From Geosiphon pyriformis uo1 (lineage: Eukaryota > Fungi > Glomeromycota), in the NCBI GenBank assembly GCA_016748015.1, contig JAAOMT010000175.1, forward strand, positions 279,594 through 343,593: a stretch of 64,000 nt of DNA, read 5' to 3'. The notes below the pieces were generated by a model that was not told where the DNA came from, made no database searches, and was given only the letters and a program-made list of their open reading frames with translations. Shown here one piece after another: positions 51,301-64,000 of this stretch. Each line of letters begins with the position of its first letter. Within the stretch, counting starts at the first letter, position 1. The position numbers and the translations under genes were made by a program.

Positions 51301-53087
51301 AGTTTGGGCAATTTGTGGACGAAGAAATGAACTGGATGAACTGGTTGAAGAAAAAATTTCACTATTCTTTGATGAATCAGTTCTACTGCCTTCAGACCTG
51401 ATAGGTTGCGTGGCTGATAATTGCGAATTTTTTAATGAATGATTAGATGCGCCAAGACTTGTCAAGGCTACTCTACCACTAGATTGAGATAGGGATTTTT
51501 GTGCTAGCAAAGATAAAGATGGGCCTTTATCAAGGATATTATTTGGATTTAGGGATGAGGAGGATTTTGAAAAATTATAAAAGTCATTAGAGTTTGAGGC
51601 CCTTGTCCCCAAGGATCCTAGCGTAGGTCTAGTGGATTGTCTAGCACTTAATGATGCTAAAGACGCTAAAGATTGCGGCTCTTGGTTTTGATAGTTATTG
51701 GAAAAAGATGGTGGACGTTGACCTCGATTATCCATAACGGAGAAGGAGGTATCAATTGGTTGACTACTATCCAAGGATTCAAATTCTCCCACTTTGCTAG
51801 ATTCATTTTGATTTGGGCTCAAGCGCCTTTTAAATGAAAGCTCCGAAAGGGATGCTTGGGACTTATTAGAATCGGCTCCACCAAGTAGGCCTCCCCGTCT
51901 ATAAACACTTGCTGGGCTATTTGGATTTAGGTTTTTGAGAGGGAAAATGAAATCTTCACATCTGCTCGTCCATTTTATATTATACCATGACCAAATATCT
52001 GCTGAGGTAACGAATGTGGGAGAATACTGTTTGAAGGGTTTTATTTCAGATTGAGCCGTGCGATTTCGATTCAAATTTAGATTAGGCGAAGTGTTTGTCG
52101 AATGGCAAAAAGTTACACTTCCCAGAGAAAAATTGTCACGTTGTTGGCATGAATCTGTTGATTTATTTTTGGAAAGAGGAATACATTGACCCGAGAATGT
52201 ACTCGATTAATCAAAAAACCAAGGCTAAATGAAAGCTTGAGATCTTTTGGATTCTGACCATTCTTCTTTGAGTTGAATCTTCTGGCTGAAACAAATAAAA
52301 GAATCATGTCGATTTCCTTTGAACAAATCTTTCTGGGCCGCCATCCAATTATGCCGGCTAATTAATGGGAATAAAGATATTGAGCTTATTAAAAACTCAC
52401 CTTTTTTTGTAGGAGGTATAACAGGGTCTTGTAACTTTGTTTTTTTCACGGAAGAAGTTTTAATTTCCTTCAGCTGGTTCTTATAACTTTGGTCTGGATA
52501 TATTTCAAAAATTATTATTATTGTTATTATTTATAATTGAAGATTTAAAAAATCTTAAGAGAATTTGTACACACCCAAAAGCCAATTTATTGTCTTCTGA
52601 CTGTCGAAATAATAATACCATAATGAATCTTCAATCTCTTTATCTGTTATTCCCGTATTGTCTCCTATTATGGCTTTCACTTCCCTCAAACCCACTTCCA
52701 TCTGTGCTGTATAGATCAATGATTTGATTTTTCAAGCGATTCATATTTGATTGAAATTGGAAACATTTTTGTTACAGTAGCTGTACGAGGCAATTAAAAA
52801 TGTTAAAATAAATGAATTTTGGTTTGGAATACCCTTCTCTTCATTAGTCATTTCAGCAAAATCTACTCGGGAAAATTTAATGAGTGAGGGTTGTAGTTTG
52901 AAATCTTTTAACTACTTTAAAGGAGTTATACCATCACTAGAGTCATAGTCTTGATATCCTTCCTCTTCAAATACGTCTTAAAATTGAAGAAATTGTAAAG
53001 TTACTAAAAAGAGAGTTTTTGCCGGAGTGGATTTCTTCTCTACAAACCTTGGACGTTAATGTTTCTGACATTGCGATGACGTGACAT
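48343..53087 (-). CDS. HBS1: HBS1 translational GTPase (multi-exon; includes a candidate SKI7-type cassette exon 50934-52154)
   Basis: MSRHRNVRN start; [11 protein letters not shown]; NLVVIG|[11 protein letters not shown]; LDAPGHRDF; NKLD; [14 protein letters not shown]. Last exon ILSYGS* is inferred. Confidence 0.93.
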
Positions 53088-53244
53088 GTTGAAAGGAGCA
53101 AATTCTTGAAAACGATCAAATAACGTTTAAATAAAAGAATTTCAATTTCAATTTTATTAGTAACAGACAGATAACAAACGACTCGTTTATTAAAAAAAGT
53201 CAATTTGATCGAACCAACAGTGCCACAACTTCATTGTTAATAGC

Positions 53245-55258
53245 ATGTTTCATGAACCAAATGACCCAAACCATACAATCAAGGAGGCTCCACCATCACT
53301 TGGAACTTCGAACTTGAACCCTGATTTTGCTTCTGACCCTCGCATGCAGTTTGTTCAAGAGACTGAGAAGTGGACTTACATAGCAAATGATGGGGTTTCT
53401 TACGAATATGACGAAATTCATAAGGCTTGGTTTCCCATGGTAGGAAAAGTACTTTTTTTAACTGCGCGTATATTTTTCACAAAATACTCATTTCTTTCAC
53501 AATAAAGTATAATGAAGACTTGATTGAAGCTCAACAGTCCGCATACTCAATCCCTGGCATTGATGAAGCTGTAAATGCCTTTATATTTTTATTGAAGCGC
53601 ATGTTTTCCTCGTAGCACTACCTCAAAATTATCTATTTTGAACAGGAACCAGTTGTTTCAAAACAAAAAACCAAACGGAAAATTGTGTACACAATGGACG
53701 ATGTATTTAGCTTTCCTTTATATTTTTTATCCTTTGACGGCTAAAGTTAACTATATAACATTCACAATTCCCGACTCAACTATTTAACCCTCACTTAATC
53801 AAGACAGGACAGTCTTCTAAAAAGCAAAAGCCCAACAATCAAGGCAAAAAGAAACCAAATACCTCAGTCTATGTTACAGGTCTTCCGAAGGATGTAAGCT
53901 CTGAGGAAATTGCACAAGTATTTTCAAAATGTGGACTGCTGATGGAAGATTATGTTAAAGGTCCGTTTAATTCTTTTCGTTCGATCTTTCTTTGCTATGT
54001 TTTCTCACTTGACTAAGTTAATATGAAATGAATACATTTTTCTTAGGCGGCCCGAGAATCAAAATTTACACTGATGAAAAAGGTATTCCTAAAGGTGATG
54101 CAGTTGTTACATATTTAAAAGAAGAATCGGTTACTCTTGCGTGTCAGCTGTTGGATGACACCGATCTACGCTCCAATGAACCATCCAAAATTTATGTCCA
54201 GCTGGTATGTTTGATTTTTACACATATTAATTATGAATAGGAAAAAAATTAGGTATCGCTTAACATTAATATAGCTCCCAAACAAAAAAAGGCCGAATTT
54301 AAAGAAAAAGAACCGAAACCCGCCGAAGCTCAGAAGAATGTGTCAGGTTTACAACCTGATGTTAAAGTAAATAAGCGAGAAATTCAAAAGAAAATCCAAC
54401 AGCTGGGAAAGTATGTTACCTGAAGCTTTTCAATTGAAATAACTCGAGCTCAAAAGATTTTATTATTCCCTAGAAAGCTAGAATGGTTCGATGAAGAGTC
54501 GGGAAGACGTAGTGAGCGTTCCAGTAAAATGGTTGTTTTGAAATATATGTTTACTTTAGAGGAGCTTGAGGTGAGCAGTTTTTATTTCATTTTTCATTTT
54601 AAACCCCACTTACTCTTAATTCATATTTGAATATAGGAAGACCCTGGTCTGCTTTTGGAATTAAAACAAGATATTAGATCAGATTGCGAGAACCTCGGCG
54701 AAGTTACCAACGTTGTGTTGTATGACGTGAGTAATTTTTGTTAAGGCCTTATGGTTTTTATATTTTTCCTTTTTGTTAAATATTCATATTTTCTATTAGC
54801 AAGAGCCAGAAGGGATTGTAGTTGTAAAATTCAAAGAGCAACTCAGCGCGGAAGCTTGTGTCTTGGTAAATAGTTTAAGCCTATTTTTCTTCATCAATTT
54901 ATTCCAGAAGAATCTAATTGGATATTTATCTCGTAATTAGAAAAATAATGGAAGGTTTTTTAGTGGTCGCCGTATTTCTGCTGAAATCTATGACGGCAAA
55001 AAAAAATTCCTAAAAACCAATTCCAGATCAAATGAGACCGAAGAGGAGGAGGCTGCCCGACTTGAAAAATATGCCAAATGGTTGGAAGGTGAAGAAAAAG
55101 TATTTTTGAAAGACGCTGAGACAGCTTCCACCGAGAATACCAAGAATGATGTTAAATATAAGAAAAATAAACTGCTCAGAAAAAACTTGACGCGAGCATA
55201 TGACTTGACACCTCCAAGAGTAGAAGACAGTGATAGTGATGATACCGACGAAAAGTAA
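53245..55258 (+). CDS. HTATSF1: Splicing factor Tat-SF1/Cus2 (RRM plus UHM), multi-exon
   Basis: NTSVYVTGLP; IKIYTDEKGIPKGDAVVTYLKEESVTLA; VVLKYMF; NGRFFSGR; EEAARLEKYAKWLE. Confidence 0.9.
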
Positions 55259-55788
55259 TAAAGTATACGAACTGGGCGAGGAAAAAAGTTAGTTTTATCT
55301 GCCTTCTGATGTCACAACCTATTTAGCTATCTTGCTGTGAAAAATATTATCTAATAAACAATTATGGCAATAGGATAACAGATATTAGCAGTATTCAAGT
55401 TTTATCATTCAAAGATTTACAAGGATAAAATTACGGTAATATGATGTTTTTATTCTTGAAAAATTACACGTTTCACAAAGTTCCGTAAATAAAGTTTGTA
55501 CTATTAATTCACCAAATCAGTTATCTCGTCGTAAATCCAGAGGGATAGGAACTAGATTTGAAATGGCTAGTGAATCGAGAATCATAATATCTTTACTGTT
55601 ATAAAGTCGGTCCGCTGGTCACACCACAAATTGATTAAATCCACCGAGACTATGGGTCAGATCCTAACCAAAAAAAGCACCCCCAGCCAGGATACTTAAT
55701 AATGAATGCTCAAGTTTTATGTTGGATTTTCAAATCCAAGTTGATAGGCTGGCCTCTTGATGCTGATTTTCGAAGTTAACCTGTGGCC

Positions 55789-56977
55789 TTACATTAAAGG
55801 ATACTTAATTGGATTTAATCTGTAGCTTTGTCCCCAGCTAGTGCTTTCCTTTGTCACTTCTTTAGCATGCACAAGAGCCACGAGATATTCATTACAACGC
55901 ACCCGTTGCATTTTGGTCTGATCCATAATCTCATCGATCCTCCTGTGAAAAATAAAGTATATGTTGCATTTCACATACTTTAAATGGGAAATATAAAGTT
56001 CTTAACTTACATTCCTCTCGGATTTGCGAACAATTGTTTGACGATATCTTCCACATTCTTTCGGTGTGGCTAATGATTTACCAGAATATATGATGAAATT
56101 TTCGAAAGAAATGAATACGTTCATTAACCTCCTGTACCTGTTGCTCTCTATATTTCAAGGGAAGCCCATCTATCATTCTTTTGACAAAATTCTGATGAGG
56201 AATACGTAAAAATCCATCCGTGGATGATGATCAATCATTCTATCAATGTAAAAGTTTAAATAAGACAAATCGAGATACCTTTACAGGAACCGAATCCCCC
56301 TTTTTCTTTGTAATGGGTGGCTGCAGATGTGGAGCAGGCATTGGGGTTGGGATTGGTGATTGTTGTATGTTGACCTGTGGCGTTACAAGAGATAAACGAC
56401 GAGTTTGAACAGGGGGAGTTTGTAATGTCCGAAAAGCTGTTTTGCGAGGAGACTTAAATCTGAAGGGTGACTTTCGAGGAGATCGAAATGGGGATTTTTG
56501 CGGTGTCATCTGAATTGCTACAGAAGCATAATCCGTGAAATTAAATAGAGGCACTAGACATTCAAGTTTGATATTGTATAATCACCAGTTCGGCCTGCGA
56601 ATCTTGGAAATATTTCTTTAGTTGGTGCCTAAGATTTTTTTATCGAGAAATGAGTTAGATTTTCCGCGTGATATCAAAGGTTCAAATATTAGAAGGTGTA
56701 TAGAACAAACCTCTTTGAACTCTGTGCAATGGGCATTCATTTTCATTCCATACAAGAAAGCTGAAAAAGATTCATTGAACTCAACAAATGAATCATGTAC
56801 TCCTTGTAGCCCCTCAAAGTTTTTCTGCAGAACTTCAAAAGATAAAGCGAGGTGTGCAATAGGTTCTTTAATACAATCTAAAGGGGATTCCTCATTCACA
56901 TGAGCTGGAGGACCTCTAAGGGCCAGTGATTTACGTCTTGTAACCTGCTCTGCGCGTCTCGACAGTGACAAACTCAT
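55789..56977 (-). CDS. DAM1: DASH complex subunit Dam1 with C-terminal extension (multi-exon)
   Basis: LQKNFEGLQGVHDSFVEFNESFSAFLYGMKMNAHCTEF is the Dam1 core. It is followed by an S/T-P-rich linker and a helical tail. Confidence 0.85.
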
Positions 56978-57095
56978 AATTTCTATGAAATAAGCTAGAG
57001 AATTACACGCGTCAAGGATCTCACAGAGCTTCTTGCACAGCATTAAAAACAATATTTATATAGTATAAATTAAGTGTACTTTACAAATAATCATA

Positions 57096-57168
57096 GCCCG
57101 GCTAGCTCAATCGGTAGAGCGTGAGACTCTTAATCTCAAGGTTGTGGGTTCGACCCCCACGTTGGGCG
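57096..57168 (+). tRNA. tRNA-Lys(CTT), intronless
   Basis: GCCCGGCTAGCTCAATCGGTAGAGC...GGTTCGACCCCCACGTTGGGCG, 73 nt, anticodon CTT at 57129-57131. Confidence 0.97.
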
Positions 57169-57502
57169 ATTTATATTAAGTGTACATAGACGGTCGTAAG
57201 AGAAGTCGTTTTATTGACCCTTAGTTAATAATAATTGAAAATTTAATTGGTTTATTATTTTAAACATACCATTGTTTTATTTAACTCATTTAAATTTGAC
57301 TATTGTCTAAACTTTTTATTCTGTTAATAAATTGGTTGTCAAGCAATTATTCAAAAAATTAATTTACCGTCAAAAATATTATTAGAATCAATGAATGTTG
57401 AAATTTATGTCAAAAATTAAAAATTTTATTGATAATAAACAAAGACCAAATTCAATATTTTGTCTTGAGGATCAAAGCCATAATGTCCATACGAAATAAA
57501 GT

Positions 57503-58437
57503 TTATCTATTCTCTTGTTCATGGTAATCATATTTCTTTTTTGGAGTCGCCGGATTTTTGATAATATCCAATAAACTAGCCTGTGTCTAAGTTTTGGAAT
57601 CAATAAAGGAATGAATAAAATTGATCAGTTAATGACCTTAATAAATTCCTAGGAATTACCTCGTCTTTGACAACTCGGAATCTCGCTTCATGAAGTCTCT
57701 TTCCAGCCGCGACAGATTCTATTATCCATTCAGGTTTCACTATTTTTATATTATTTCGTCTCGAGGTCAAATATTTATGCGTTTTAGAACCACATAATCC
57801 CATAGCAGTAATAATGTGAGTGCATCGACGAGCTCCAAATAGGTAGCTATCGATGAGTAATATCAATTTTAAGTTAGATTTAATTTATTTAAAATATATA
57901 GGGTAATGAATTTACCTTATTTCGCCTCCGTTTTTCATGATTATTCTTCGAAGATCAATATCTTTAGTTTTTCCAGTAAAACCTTTACCAGAAATGATAT
58001 ATTATTAATTAATGACTATACAAATCACAGATGAATCATCTTTTGATTTTACTCACCATTTATATATGCAACAACTCCCGAAAAAAGTTGGAAAGCCTAC
58101 AAATCGAAGCGAGCCGTAACCGAAGCGGTTATCACGCAACAACTTTCCCAAGTTTTTCCCATTTCTCAATTTTCCAAACATTCAAAGTTTCTTTCTAATA
58201 ATTAATCTTATATACCGTATTTGGTCTCTGTTCCTTTAATTTTTTATTCCGATTTTCCCAGTACGACGTATTTCTTGCCCGTGCCATCTGATGTCCTTTC
58301 GATAGCGAAGCATAGGAAGTTTGCTCAAATTTTATTGGAGGCTGCTTACCTAGTTCTTGAAGATTGCATTCTTTGAGGAGCTTTCTTTCTTTCTGTGGTG
58401 TGTAATTGAGTTTGGTTCGAATTATAAAACTGTCCAT
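57503..58437 (-). CDS. Small single-BRCT protein resembling the REV1 N-terminus (multi-exon)
   Basis: YWENRNKKLKEQ; LFSGVVAYING|FT; IIMKNGG; THII; VKPEWIIESVAAGKRL. Stop at 57503. Confidence 0.8.
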
Positions 58438-58739
58438 TGGTGCTGAAAGGTACAATATATGTCTTAGAATAGCAAAAATTATACGCTGATATTTGAAGTT
58501 TCCTAAGTAATCGAATCAAAAACAACACGGTAGATCATATAACAACTTGGAGAATACGCGAACTTCTCGTACTTAAGACACGTGATTAAGACACGCGATT
58601 AATTGGGCTAACTAATTACCTTTCATGGTTTTGTAAGTAGAAATAAGGTAAATCTAGTTGTGTTTTTTTACTTGCAAATAGACAAATATGATTCTTTTAA
58701 TTTGGCAAAATTAAACGATACAAAAATCTATTGTGTAAT

Positions 58740-59280
58740 CTTTTTCGATCTTAATTAGTGTCTTAACTTAATTTTTTATATTATTAATTAATTTAAATAA
58801 ATTGTAATACATTGTTATAAAAATAATTTATTGGTATTTTCAAAAGTTTTTTTGGTTTTTTAAATAGTTTGCCAAAAATCAATTTTGTGAATTATTTTTT
58901 GTAAGTTAAAATAATTTTCAAAAAATGGCTGTAATAGTTGTTTTTGCACTAAATATATTCATTAAAATTATATATGTTAAATGTTGTTATAAATTTTTTA
59001 ACCCAATTTTGCAATTGCGTGAATTATATTTTGTTATTTAGAAATGTGGTATAATTTTTATTTTTTGCAATAAACTTTCAACTAAAATAAAGCTAAAAAT
59101 TAATTACATAAATAATCTTCATTTTTCAAAATTGTTAATATTTCGTTTTTATACTCAACTGTAAACTGGCCAAAAACTATTTTTAAATTTCAATAATAAT
59201 TTTATTGGGTTTGTATAACCAAGTATATAAAAATATTTTATATTTATTTAATTAAATTATTTATTGAATTGAATAAATAT
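58740..59280. other. Short AT-rich intergenic island
   Basis: Very low G/C, no ORF. Confidence 0.5.
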
Positions 59281-59463
59281 AGAAGCGCGTATTTTAGACT
59301 CGATACTCGGTCATGTGATTTCGCTGACTGACTCGGTTAACTTATTGACAATTGCCGAGTTACCTTATTTTATTTTTTATTTTTGTATTACGAGCTATGA
59401 AAATTAATGCATATCTGATAAAGTAATCATTAACCGTATATACTGGATTTTATCCTCTGGGAA

Positions 59464-62400
59464 TCATTTATCTTCATTAATTTCATTTTCATCTCCGGTC
59501 CTCAGCACCTTTTCCACGGTCACCTCGTTATCTTTTGTCTCCGCCTCTTTAGTCTCACTGATACCCTCTTGCACCTCAATAATTGTTCCCTCAGAATACT
59601 CGATGGTTGATGTAGGATCAGCTGTAGAGGGATCTTGGATTTCATCTGTTGATACTTCTAAGTGCGTCTCGGAGTCAGTTTCTTCAACTTTTTTGGGGTT
59701 TGCCGGCAATGGAACAACTTTGACGGCTTTTGGAATCGGTGGCCGGGAGCGGGGTGGTCTACGTGGTCGATCTTTGGTCATCTATAATATAAATTATTAT
59801 TTCTTTTAAGTTTTTGGCAAAAACCCAAAGGGCGATAATTCTTTAGGATATTTATATTTACATGACTTAGAGTCTTGGACGCAGCCGGCGGCTGAACAGC
59901 TTTTGTTTCAAATTTAACGTCATCTGTATCCGTTTTATTATTCTCATTGTTTATCTGTTTATCACCAGATGTTTCATCTCCAAAATTTTCTTGATTTTCT
60001 TTTTTCTGATCTTGATCTGCAGGTTTATCAACGCCTTCCTGATCTTTTGTTTTAGCTTCCGAACGTTTCAATCCCGGCATAACCTGGACCCGATGTTCAC
60101 CAACTTCATCACTTTCATCACGCTCGCCATCATCGTTACTTCTCATTACTTTGCGTCCCCCAATGGGAATACCTCGACCCATACCAGGTAATGGAATTTT
60201 TCCACTACCAAAAACACTCTCTAATCGTTGTGAAATGGCAGAATCGATTCTACCAGTCTTAATTTTTGGTGGTTCTACTGTAGTTGATCCAGATTCGGTA
60301 GTTTCAGTAGAGTTTTGAAGGAAAGACGAAGAGATTTTTCGTGGTGGCGGTCGTGAAGATAATGTATTTTTTGAATTTTCTTCAGAAGTTTTCTAAAAAT
60401 CCATTGCTTACTATTAATTCAAACCTCGGAAATCTACCTAATCGGATTTTGACTCACTTGTGTCATCCAGGGTAACTTATCCAATACTTTTCTTCCACCC
60501 CCATGAACAGGCCTTGCGGCAGCTTCCTCTTCCTCTCGACGTTTTCTCTCTTGCTCTTCAATCATCAACGCTATTCGAGATTTTTTCTTACCGGCTGGTT
60601 GATCTTCCGTGGTAGGAGGTTTTGATTGAGAATCCATTGTTCCTTTCTCCTATTTTGGACATTTCTAATTTGTAAGACTTCAAATAGAGTATCTTTGAAT
60701 AAATCTAATTTTAATTTTCACGTTACCTTGTTCCCCTCAACAGTTTCCTGAGGCAGCAATCGTTCTAGAATTTTAGGTAAACCTCTCTTTTCCTCTTCTT
60801 TTGTTTCACTCTCTTTTTCGATTTTCGTTTCATTGATTTCATCAAGTTGTTCGATTTTTTCTGAAGATTTGGCCTCGTCATTTTCCTGGTTGCTGACAAC
60901 CTCAATCAATTTTTCTTTCACAAAGTTGTCTTTTGAGGGAGAAATAATCTTTTCATTCCTGGATTCTAGTTCTTCCTTAGTTTCAGAAATAAAGCCCACT
61001 TCTTGTACAAAACCTTCAATAACCTCGCTTTGAATTTTAATATTTTCTTTTAGAGAACCAATATCCTCTTCTAAGAGGTTTGTTATCTTTGAACCAGTTT
61101 TAATGTTAATATCTGAATTTGTTATTGATTCACTTGAACATTTATCACCCAACTGACTAATGGGACTTGGTGCTTTTACAAATACTGTACTACCCGCCAC
61201 TTTTGATGTTTTATTAGCGTCTGTAGATGTTGTGCCCGCTTTAAATCCACTCCACTTATCAAGTGTAGCTTTTTTCTTTGGAGGTAAGGGTGGTGGTCTA
61301 TTCGGCTTTGCTGGTTCATTTTGGTGATCTTTTTCACGTTGATGCCACATTGCTGCGATGTTGCTACGTGGTATATCAATTGAAGAGGGCAGTGACGTTG
61401 AAGAAGTGGATGAATTGGAGGAAGTTGTAGAGGGATTAGAGGATTTACGCGGTATTTTCAGGACAGGCTTTTTGGTCTCATCCTGTGAAGAAAACAAGAT
61501 TACGATGTGATATATAACTTGAAATTGTCAACCCAATTAAAACCAGAATAATTACTTCTCTCACACTGGCAGTCAGGATTTCTTTATTTTTTGATTCTAC
61601 CTCATTTTTCTCGCTAACCGCTAATTCTTCTTCAAGAGTTGGTTTAAGAGCTTCGGCTGTAGATTTTCTCACTTCAGTAACTGATAATAGATGCTTATCT
61701 GTGGTAGTTGGACTTGGTGTTCGTTCTGCATGTTTTATACTCTGCCAGTCCACTACAATCGCCAACCTACCTCTCTCTTCATCATTCGGCTCAAGTTCTT
61801 GAGGCTCAGAGGTTATCGGACTTTTAGGTAAAATTTCAGTAGTCTCTCTCTCTTCAGCTTCGTCGTCAATGGCAGAAGCTTTCTTTTCTACACTAGTGAT
61901 AATGACCGGCGAATGTTTATTTTGTAGATTGGGACTAATGCTACTGGTATTCTCATTTGAAATTTGAAGTTTCTCTTCTGATTGAGATTTATTAGGAGAT
62001 TGCAATGGTGAAGTGTGTTTAGGGGTGATAACTTCTCCGATTTTTATAGAACTACCGTCACTCCCACTCCGTTTCAACGCTCGCAAATGTATCTGTGATA
62101 AATCTGTCATAGAAACTTTTGGAAGCTTAACGGCGTCTGGCGGTAAAACAAAACTTCGAATTTCTAAGAAAAATTGGATGGCAACAGGCTTCAGACACAT
62201 ATATAGGATAGGTAATATCGATGCTTCTTTCGCTTAAAAACAATGATTGATGAATTAGATTACCAGTTTTCAGCGAATCACTTCTTTGATTTTCTGGGTC
62301 TTTTTGGTTAATAGCTTTTGTATCATATTCCTGTTTTTCAGACATTGGGAGTGGAAAAGAAGGTAAAAAGTTCATTATGATTTTTGACCACCTATACGTA

Positions 62401-63083
62401 TTAGCATTTGATAACACAATTTTTGATGATCAATAAATATGAGTAATAAATAGAGGAAATTGGGTGATGAATGATGATAAAATTTTTAAGTCATAAAGTC
62501 GAGAGTGGTAATGATAGAGAGTAGTAAATATATAAACGTAAAAATAAAATTTCGAGATCTGAAATTAATTATCATAAATATTATTTTTGGCTGCAGAAGA
62601 TGATATACATACACGCAGTGATGTGTCAAAAGTTTTTAGAACCAAACTCTAATTTTGTTAAAGTTGAAAGTGATTATGAAAGTTTCAAACCTCCTCTAAT
62701 TCTCCCTCAACCTTATCTTCTGCTTCTACATCCTTCTCTTCTAAAAGGCTGATTTCTTCAGCCCTTTCTTCAGGTTGAGCCTCTTCTTCGTTAGATTCGT
62801 CTGATTCAGCTCCCGATTCTTTTACTACTTCGTGTAATTCTTGCTCTTGAAGTTGTTGGTCGTGATGAACTCCACTTTCATGTCGTTGTTGAGTTGACCC
62901 TTCTATTTCGACAAAAGTGTTTTAGAATTAATTTTTATCTTTTGTTGGAAGAATAGTACTTACGGTCTTACCATCGAGATTACCACCTTCAGAAAGTGGT
63001 GAAAGTAATGGTGAACTGGGAGAAATAGGAGACTCTTGTGACATTGGCTGTTTGATGATCGAAAGTGCTGAGATTCTTTGATC
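59464..63083 (-). CDS. Large low-complexity, Pro/Glu/Ser-rich protein with a capping-protein-interaction (CPI)-like motif; 5' end not resolved
   Basis: Successive minus-strand exons with GT-AG boundaries. RPPPLPPKK; spliced LSH|MTKDRPRRPPRSRPP. Confidence 0.65.
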
Positions 63084-63099
63084 TATTACAATATGTGGG

Positions 63100-64000
63100 T
63101 CATTAATATTTATATTATATTTTTATTTATATACACTATTTATTTTTATCTGAAGATTTATATATAATTAATTTATATATTTATGTATTATTAAATTATT
63201 GAAATAATTATTATCATGTTTTATTGATTATGTTTATATTTATATTTATTAATGCTTAATTAAGTGTAATATGTTTATTTATTTATATATTTTATTTTGT
63301 TATTTTTTAAATATATAAAACTTAAATACAAATATTTGAATTTTTAAAAATCAATATTAATATGAATTAAATTAAAAAAGTTATAAAAGTTATAAAAGTT
63401 ATATATTAATAATTATAATTAATTAAATACTATGTCTTTAGTTTAATTATTAATTAAGTTTTTTTTACAGTTTTCCAATTTTAATTTTTAAAAAATTTTT
63501 ATACTTAATTATTTTAAATTACTTAAATTTTATTCAGTTATTTTGATTTTTTTTAAATATCTAAATTTTTAATGTTTTCAAATCTTTCACGAATTTTAAT
63601 TCATTTTAATTAAATTAAAATTTTATTTATTTGTTTATTATATTTATTAAACTTTACATTAAATGTTTGATTTTATTAAATTTATTATTTAAAAATTTAG
63701 CTTTTGTAATTTAAAGACAATTTTTAATAATTAGCTTTTTTATATACAAAATTATTCTTTTTAATCTTGATTAAATTAATAATTAAATTTAGGTAAAATA
63801 AAAAACGATTCTAAAAAACAAAATACCAATAATTTAGATTTTCGAAAGATATATTTAAATATTATGTTTTTTGACATTTTTTTAAGCAATATTAATTATT
63901 ATCAGTTGACAAAAAACTTAAAATAACTTTTTTAATTTTGTTCAATAAATTTTATAACCATTATTGCTTTCTTATGAAAAAGTTCAAAATAGTAATATTT
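63100..64000. other. AT-rich island, probably intronic or upstream of the preceding gene
   Basis: Very low G/C, no ORFs. Confidence 0.6.

Noticed and set aside
57096-57168. Local tRNA-Lys as primer for the LTR elements
   Set aside because: Its 3' end (GGGCG-CCA) is not complementary to the TGGTGCTC PBS.

Overview
Eukaryotic, AT-rich, intron-rich fungal DNA. The DASH subunit Dam1, short introns and TE style suggest an early-diverging fungus such as Glomeromycotina (inference). The window has two compartments. (1) 1-46.5 kb is a nested retroelement stack. A full-length RNase H-bearing LINE (7707-44957, 11-bp TSD) sits in an AT-rich island of decayed TEs. It is split by a Ty3/Gypsy element (B1, 12658-43512), which itself holds a solo LTR, an inverted full-length sibling (B2, 17125-26771) and a full-length element of a second family (A2, 27349-37440). 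A further A element and LINE fragment lie at the left edge. Both Gypsy families share an unusual three-ORF layout: (i) one Gag-PR-[multi-Cys module]-dUTPase-RT-RNaseH frame that apparently starts at GUG, (ii) integrase as a separate ORF behind an A/C-rich spacer, and (iii) a conserved non-env ORF3 next to the 3' LTR. All TEs carry heavy C>T/G>A changes biased to CpG and TpC, unlike the CpA target of classical RIP. (2) 46.6-63 kb holds ordinary spliced genes: PDK/BCKDK kinase, HBS1 with an in-frame SKI7-like cassette exon, HTATSF1/CUS2, DAM1 with a winged-helix-like tail, tRNA-Lys(CTT), a REV1-like BRCT-only protein and a CPI-motif protein.
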